32,190 nt of DNA from a virus (Duplodnaviria; Caudoviricetes), in IMG/VR virus record IMGVR_UViG_3300037963_001094, positions 1 through 32,190 of that record; one strand, given 5' to 3'. Positions 29,401 through 32,190 of this stretch are shown in pieces; the stretch's first letter is position 1; every line of letters starts with the position of its first letter. Both the position numbers and the translations under genes were made by a program. Below the pieces are notes generated by a model that ran no database searches, was not told the origin of the DNA, and was given only the letters and a program-made list of their open reading frames with translations.

Positions 29401-31023
29401 AACGGTTCTAATAGATATAAAGGTAGAAATAAAATAGTAAACGGATTATTAGATTGGATTAACGGTTCTGTTGGTGCAACTATGTTTGTTAATATAAGAT
29501 CGGCTACACTACAAACTATATCAATGGTTAACTTTCTTAACTTTGAAAACAACAATATATTTAGAGCTGCTCAAGCTTTTGCTAATCAACCTCAGTACTG
29601 GAAGGATTTTGCTACTATATTTAATTCAGACATGTTGAAACAAAGAAGAGCTGGTTTAGCTATTGATGTATCAGCCTCTGAGTTAACAAAGGTTTTTGCA
29701 GAAGGTGGAACAACTCATATTCAAAAAATGAGATCTATAATTAGATACATGCTTGAGAAGGGTTTTACACCAACTAGAATGGCAGATAGTTTTGCAATTG
29801 CAGCTGGTGGGTCAACATACTATAGAAACCAAATAAAAGCTTACACTAAACAAGGCATGTCCAAAGCTGAAGCTGAAAAGCAAGCGTTTTTAGATTTTCA
29901 AGAAATAGCAGAAGAAACACAACAGTCGTCTAGACCCGATTTAATATCAATGCAGCAAGCTGGTGTTATGGGTAGGTTGATACTTGCTTGGCAAAACACG
30001 CCAATGCAGATGACTAGGTTAACCAAGAAAGCTGTTTCAGATTTAGTTAATAGAAGAGGTGATTGGAAGTCTAATGTTTCTAGAATAATTTACTACGGTG
30101 TTGTACAAAATATAATATTTGGTACACTGCAAACTGGTTTAGGCTTTATGATGTTTGGTAAAGACGAAGACGAAGAAAGAAAAAAGAAACTAGAGCAGAG
30201 AGTTTTAAATGGCGCATTAGATAGTTTACTTAGAGGTACGGGTGTTTACGGTGCTATGGTTTCTACTATTAAAAATACAATACTAGAATATCAAGCACAA
30301 GAAGAAAAAGGTTCTTGGAGAGCAGATCATGTTTATACAATACTTCAAGCTATTAGCTTATCACCACCTATTGGTAGTAAGCTTCGTAAGTTGTATGCAG
30401 CTAGACAGACAGATGTTTTTAACAAAGGTGTTGGAGATAAATTAGGTTGGAGAATAGAAAATCCTAGATGGTCTATAGCTGGAAATTTAATAGAAGGCTT
30501 AACAAATGTACCCGTAGCGAGATTGGTACACAAAGCTAATAACGTTGAAGAAGCTTTAACAAGTAATCACGAAATATGGCAAAGAGTAGCTTTGCTAGCT
30601 GGTTGGAGTCAATGGAGTGTTGGTGTTAAAGATGAAGAACTTGAAGCCGCTAAACAAGAGGTTAAAGATGAAAAAGAACAAAAAAAGAAAATAGAAAAAC
30701 AAAAGAAAGAAGAAGAAAAGAAAAAACAAAAAGAGGAAGAAAAGAAACAAGTTGAAAAAGAAAAAAAAGAAAAGGGTATAAAAAAGGTTAGATGCTCCGC
30801 TATAAGATCAAATGGGCAGCGTTGTAATATGATGGTTGAAACTAAAAACAAAACAGCCAAATGTATGTATCACAGAGAGTTAACTGATAAAGAGAAAAAA
30901 GAAGGTACTGATAGAGATAACGATGGTATAAAAGAGTTTAGATGTATAGCTAATAAGAAAAATGGAGAGAGATGTAAGAATAGAACTGAGAATAAAAACA
31001 AAAAATGTTATGCACATCAATAA
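20233..31023 (+). CDS. Giant polyvalent internal-virion (ejected cargo) protein, 3596 aa
   Basis: Contains coiled coils, Gly-rich hydrophobic segments (~22730-23080), zincin HEFSH (24589-24603), an RpoC-jaw-like segment (~25573-25758), HAD motifs (28168-28584), a helical C-terminal region and two C-terminal CCCH fingers. Confidence 0.75.
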   Translation: MKKYTIIVNGKTIPKNVSPEKEQEFLAQYKNNSPTLISDESGKQNSSDNSANGTVSKNALKYEKISKENMESNSEDASSDLSFDDAQSMLLGSSAPDADKDDPFSYLKKPEGNVTQNAKYSDFLKLDSDEAIKQLNENPNYPDLKIEKKHGFGQILELTLPDGSKLDIATGSLPPAVLKDSPREQSFNEIKAASTNALNQLDEFYKENKNVPGSIAGTIIDDDVDMSLSWDRVFKKKDRNEYTSVSEMNEMLQHGGYRIETGGMFSDGKVRLYKTGEDGVESVVLEEDLVEGSLDPVRQYLFNNMTEDEANKIKSVASIMTEDVLNKAKQNVIDKYGGIVKEDGTIDYTDPEFSNDKITSDLINTPISDTRSYVTRSIELALNDNYGIDEDGEVVDKGGTPMSQEGRDLVNNYLNEPIIETQTEYVQYGKEGKLDKIEVEKEVDGWRKTKYDNVLNELKDELTPEDYSILEKVINDKVGVNQSIINERKSNLANEYTSGYVTSLNAQATDVQEIAFKIAVDQTNKEIEGEFAVNDAKIQNVKKDMDVKLEAHNNRMESEVFNVAKKHNLGIEYVGSGTEGSWVIDSSNYIDPSLEKKGKRILKYQEDLKLIDDKIKNGDYENKLNKLNEQAKLIQSKTYTTQAGADAANLKLSQISKEYETIQTEWQSNVDDYNTTLGLHNELLEDYETSSKDKGEKLEKELTEKLNSIWGNVKSLTNEYDKGITDLQRERHSISKRAEENGLLSDVINREEDYGKLLSADFGNAVEGIIYGVPAMFGHKESIDYLNLMNQGSQAGLEKYMSVSEARAVSKSVDDNLSRMQWRRTGRMFAQQTPMIIGAIGFSMTPLGPVGGMAAYSVLTGIQTGGNTKAQLYNLVDMKDDAQAQLTKLEAVKDKMDPEDYRRQKMQLESTVAMGDLTPMDINKAATATAVIEGGVMMAFSMVGGGTLGNSKKFIDDFLKTKPQTWITQASRTQWNIMAKSARDFVGRTGSEVAEESIIYLSSEAAQAGILHREADFSMIGDVILDSMMLGGGMNISPILYTATTSSMVSSEMKNLLTDYNTDLDRVKESLSNLKPGENKRRAQLQKELRTLTEKIGFLQTGLEVDVLLAGKDGIKTILENSVNLTNLYADANVHWGDSQSTIDQKIEDHIKTLKPNEAKDFRLRLEDAQNTINDIKDSSRLKLEGDPESIVKDLYGNKGWDIFKNMLGKDPSFADLDMRDQLSLIHQNIQKNFNANIQREAKSSPVIKYHVENAIYGKQFQQWIDNKLYGGLKIAEEKTPEDIEKENKLRDEVYAGIGIFETLKKDGLIKNRKTTLENQMYESNAKWINSQRVSAAQTYIDSQKSLNEVIKANGGIDAIRNLEVMAGKDISEISDMLDTLPDYYFEQKGKTIQEVKKEMLDSFKDGTSKGIIFDGKYIVIGEKDAIQKELNSIESIMSINQSHMLMGTVFLHEFSHALDGITMREGELSQFAENLGKSLRGDINLNQVHEAAVVRLQNLNTPAKWVAGVKLEDQSRDTKDEYIKSVQEIIQNPNNRDLRRAAEAKGKKGFGLGRLRNMVNGLVAGKIPSLGEFNFDSKNTALQYMVSHINSFEKGKLSGFTKGKIAARGVEAKKLKTKIAKLEDELNRVGAKKFSAEKTNELNNAKERLNKISGAVEGDVKRSQDINKRRTEKRKLDQFVQNPDGSPRFENDSEFKNHRNGDTFGRAGLEIKGVDISPDGKLITRDFKDPLSLDLLDREIMKGMTARGIPSGAPMAEFIRRVRSRLSDKFISEYNYDAIKPIVSEVEGMVFYKRNNKGDVIAIEIEDIEGKTTTYKLPKTKDAIVAEGTEIQKGTPLTEGASIFGWMYGAGIIEFAKGDIANKYLKDLDVGSRGAVDIEARTEEGAPRIQIDAGVNLDTDLDNALRTEKEAEQILLMKEELGFDDKFKDEIKRVATEIAPKIGTFPDFNDPSFLVEIEKYAVSKLTDKVKKELGTRNKHVDFLKNNRVAFVNLMPVRRLVSMEREQDVKILAKLDKRLETVDDIQNAIEEGIIPPDSKNKEKVDTYNKIIQQPVVNEDGSRNIEGEKQETAFLKFFFPPTKTPQGNKDNSRGERKTSMSTELAKVIVKQELDLLLDDADFKNTVNEKLKALDRNEIENSIGKIKEAIQTNPRYKHSMDVKHVEKLANFIKADGLQNVINNGKLNKGYEIDGISQTSINIAQYLFEKGDINNDTSKGFIKAMLESNVPEDVKAEFLSQKTLHRDSEFLRFFADDMLILMDDLQLNIPQQKGLRFDMFGFTSTYMNPGFDTKYDVSYNAEYQGMLNLLGDVETNIPGVDISSISIMNKNADGIFKDVIKIQESDLSVKQKIEKLEKLKPKIQAANRSNINLFKHVIKRVRHLVKTKQISPVSAINFLQIQTNIVMGLRGLSKLDLMYLTDGSQAAYVNKKGEPTNSKFRTENKKRIENDINPKLLPLVKEATAFYAKKNPKLTKEQARTKAIENLTWKGEHLGPSANTLVDMLDLIFNNWISDKQMDFKMDELLDGHSQLIAPKYITDLIDEGGRNNTTNFHRVKFLDKVHIDNIYDTEGRGYSDFMLSRINQEQKNLLGSVQDQSVKNDNLQRAFDNASNMIKVLQADLEKRGYTFIEKDVVKFSKDVSRGMSTFDFDETLIIDGKNFVIATNPKTGKQIKVSSGKWPIDGPKLAKQGYEFNFDDFVNVRGGVKGPLFQKLLNRIKKFGPENNFVLTARPQESAVAIHGWLKSKGVNIPFQNITGLGNSTGEAKAQWMIDKFAEGYNDMYFVDDALPNVKAVKSVMEQLDIKGSSVQAKIKFSQDMSSELNSMIERTKGIGAERIYSYQEAKKFGKEKVNFDFIVPPSAEDFKGLLYRFLGKGKQGDADLKFFKQTLLDPYARGMRAYDTYKQAMSTDYENLLKKFPDIKKKLNKKIPGYEWTLDTAVRMYLYDKSGFDIPGIDENLKRDLINHVASNSQIKTFADSLSIITKVEDGYVEPTDNWMVQTISSDLNDIVKNVGRKKFLQEWLDNKNTIFSDQNMNKIRATYGVDFYDALKDMLYRMENGSNRYKGRNKIVNGLLDWINGSVGATMFVNIRSATLQTISMVNFLNFENNNIFRAAQAFANQPQYWKDFATIFNSDMLKQRRAGLAIDVSASELTKVFAEGGTTHIQKMRSIIRYMLEKGFTPTRMADSFAIAAGGSTYYRNQIKAYTKQGMSKAEAEKQAFLDFQEIAEETQQSSRPDLISMQQAGVMGRLILAWQNTPMQMTRLTKKAVSDLVNRRGDWKSNVSRIIYYGVVQNIIFGTLQTGLGFMMFGKDEDEERKKKLEQRVLNGALDSLLRGTGVYGAMVSTIKNTILEYQAQEEKGSWRADHVYTILQAISLSPPIGSKLRKLYAARQTDVFNKGVGDKLGWRIENPRWSIAGNLIEGLTNVPVARLVHKANNVEEALTSNHEIWQRVALLAGWSQWSVGVKDEELEAAKQEVKDEKEQKKKIEKQKKEEEKKKQKEEEKKQVEKEKKEKGIKKVRCSAIRSNGQRCNMMVETKNKTAKCMYHRELTDKEKKEGTDRDNDGIKEFRCIANKKNGERCKNRTENKNKKCYAHQ
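20355..20412 (+). promoter_or_regulatory. Candidate -1 programmed ribosomal frameshift signal (slippery heptamer plus H-type pseudoknot)
   Basis: In-phase G_GGA_AAG (20355-20361); spacer CAAAACA; stem 1 GTTCCG (20369-74)/CGGAAC (20388-93); stem 2 CAGCGCG (20379-85)/CGCGCTG (20406-12). Confidence 0.75.
30793..31017 (+). repeat. Two tandem C-x9-C-x10/12-C-x2-H protein repeats
   Basis: CSAIRSNGQRCNMMVETKNKTAKCMYH and CIANKKNGERCKNRTENKNKKCYAH. Confidence 0.8.
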
Positions 31024-31025
31024 GT

Positions 31026-31045
31026 GTGTAATAATAATATAGTAA
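31026..31045 (+). promoter_or_regulatory. Candidate phage promoter, copy 3 (GTGTAATAATA-atat-AGTAA)
   Basis: Intergenic, right after the giant gene and 15 nt before ATG 31061; matches the consensus with the same spacing. Confidence 0.55.
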
Positions 31046-31060
31046 CAAAATATTTAAAAC

Positions 31061-31243
31061 ATGATAAATTGGATTAACTCCTGGACATCAGGAAATAAAA
31101 AAGATAGATACGAATTAACATTCAGAATAAGTACATTAACAGTATTTGAATTAATGTTTTGTCCTTGTTTGGTTTGTAAAAACCCGAAGAAGTCTTGTAC
31201 AAGATTTAGATTTATGATTCTAAACTTTGGGTTTGAAATATAA
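31061..31243 (+). CDS. Small 60-aa protein with a four-Cys cluster
   Basis: aaaacATG context, fills the gap before the tail-fibre gene, and contains CPCLVC-x6-C. Confidence 0.65.
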   Translation: MINWINSWTSGNKKDRYELTFRISTLTVFELMFCPCLVCKNPKKSCTRFRFMILNFGFEI

Positions 31244-31246
31244 AAC

Positions 31247-32190
31247 ATGAAGTGGATAGGTCAACACATATGGGATTTTATATCTAGATTTCGTAATGAT
31301 GTTTATTTAGAAGATCTTACTGAATCAGCTCAAGACCATGTTGTTGGTATTGATGCTGATGGTAAGTTATACAAACAAGACGTATCATCTGGTGATATAA
31401 CTGGTGTTGACATATCTGTTGGTACTGGTCTAGACATATCACAATCAAATACTACTAGTGGAGATTACTCTTCTACAATAAGTTTAGATTTAACTGAAGT
31501 CGGTGTTGACGGTTCTAATAACCAATTATTAACAGATAATGGTAATGGAACAATATCATCTGAATCAGACTTAACATTTGATGCAAGAACACTTTCAGTG
31601 GGCGATTTAAAAATATATGATGCAAGTACTACCACTACTTATAATGGTTCAACTTACACTAGTTATATTGAATTTCCTTCATTTGAAATAATAGGTGATG
31701 TTGGTATTGGTGGAATAATAAAAGTTGAAGATGCAGATGGTACTGATGAAAAGGGCGCGGCATTAGTTTTAGAAGCTGGAGACGCTAGTGGAACAAATAT
31801 GGATGGTGGTGATATGAGATTTGTTCTTGGTGCTAGAACTGGATCTGGCAGTTTAGCAGATTTTTTATTTTTTGGAAGTGATGCTGGAGCACGAGTGGCA
31901 AAGCTGAATGATCAACAGTTAACTATAGGTGTTAATGATGATAGTGATTATATTATTGAAAGGCGGACTCATAGTGATGGGGAGGGTGGAAAATTAGAAA
32001 TTAAAGCTGGTAGCGCAACAAATGGCCAAACTAATAAAAATGGAGGGAATTTAGAATTATATGGTGGTCTTGGTACTGGTGCTGCATCTGGTGGTGATAT
32101 AAAGTTTTATAGCCACAAAAGAGGTGCTAGTGGTACTGCTATAGGTACAGCGGCAAACATAGCTAGTTTTCAACCGGGAACTTCCAACAC
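31247..32190 (+). CDS. Tail fibre-like protein, 3'-truncated (not in the ORF track)
   Basis: ATG 31247 (MKWIGQHIWDFISRFRNDVYLE...) is open for 314 codons to the window end. It is G/S/T/D-rich, with SGDITGV and NQLLTDNGNGTISSESDLTFD segments and repeated GG-x-L-x-(I/L)-x-(A/G)G units. Confidence 0.75.
   Translation, partial: MKWIGQHIWDFISRFRNDVYLEDLTESAQDHVVGIDADGKLYKQDVSSGDITGVDISVGTGLDISQSNTTSGDYSSTISLDLTEVGVDGSNNQLLTDNGNGTISSESDLTFDARTLSVGDLKIYDASTTTTYNGSTYTSYIEFPSFEIIGDVGIGGIIKVEDADGTDEKGAALVLEAGDASGTNMDGGDMRFVLGARTGSGSLADFLFFGSDAGARVAKLNDQQLTIGVNDDSDYIIERRTHSDGEGGKLEIKAGSATNGQTNKNGGNLELYGGLGTGAASGGDIKFYSHKRGASGTAIGTAANIASFQPGTSN

Noticed and set aside
30660-30785. A-rich repetitive DNA
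   Set aside because: It reflects K/E codons of a charged helix, not a discrete DNA repeat.
1-32190. CRISPR arrays, tRNA/rRNA genes, introns, inteins, integrase, or DGR/reverse transcriptase
   Set aside because: None was recognisable by eye, and intergenic gaps are short (at most ~115 nt). A tRNAscan/Infernal run would be needed to exclude small RNAs formally.

Overview
AT-rich phage DNA with all credible genes on the + strand in standard code 11. It is the virion-morphogenesis module of a crAss-like, podovirus-type tailed phage; A/T-rich start contexts without Shine-Dalgarno sequences suggest a Bacteroidota host. Gene order: terminase large subunit (5'-truncated), portal (split by a frame break at ~2763), scaffold-like protein, major capsid protein, a hypothetical, a small CGC protein missed by the ORF track, two tail ring/adaptor-like proteins, a 2090-aa tail muzzle-like protein, three tail proteins (one with a Peptidase_S74-like chaperone), two ejection-like proteins, a 3596-aa polyvalent cargo protein, a small Cys protein and a 3'-truncated tail fibre. 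The main observation is a complete candidate -1 programmed ribosomal frameshift signal at codons 41-43 of the giant gene: in-phase G_GGA_AAG, a 7-nt spacer and an H-type pseudoknot. It would divert ribosomes into a hidden 41-codon frame, giving an 84-aa product. The giant protein also carries a zincin HExxH motif, an RpoC (beta') jaw-like segment inside a sigma-region-2-like stretch, a HAD phosphatase and tandem CCCH fingers, with a recurring hydrophobic-K-x-S-x-D motif at domain borders. A 20-bp intergenic motif (RTGTAAYWATA-N4-AGTAA) occurs three times as a candidate phage promoter. All homology calls come from motif recognition and synteny; no searches were run.
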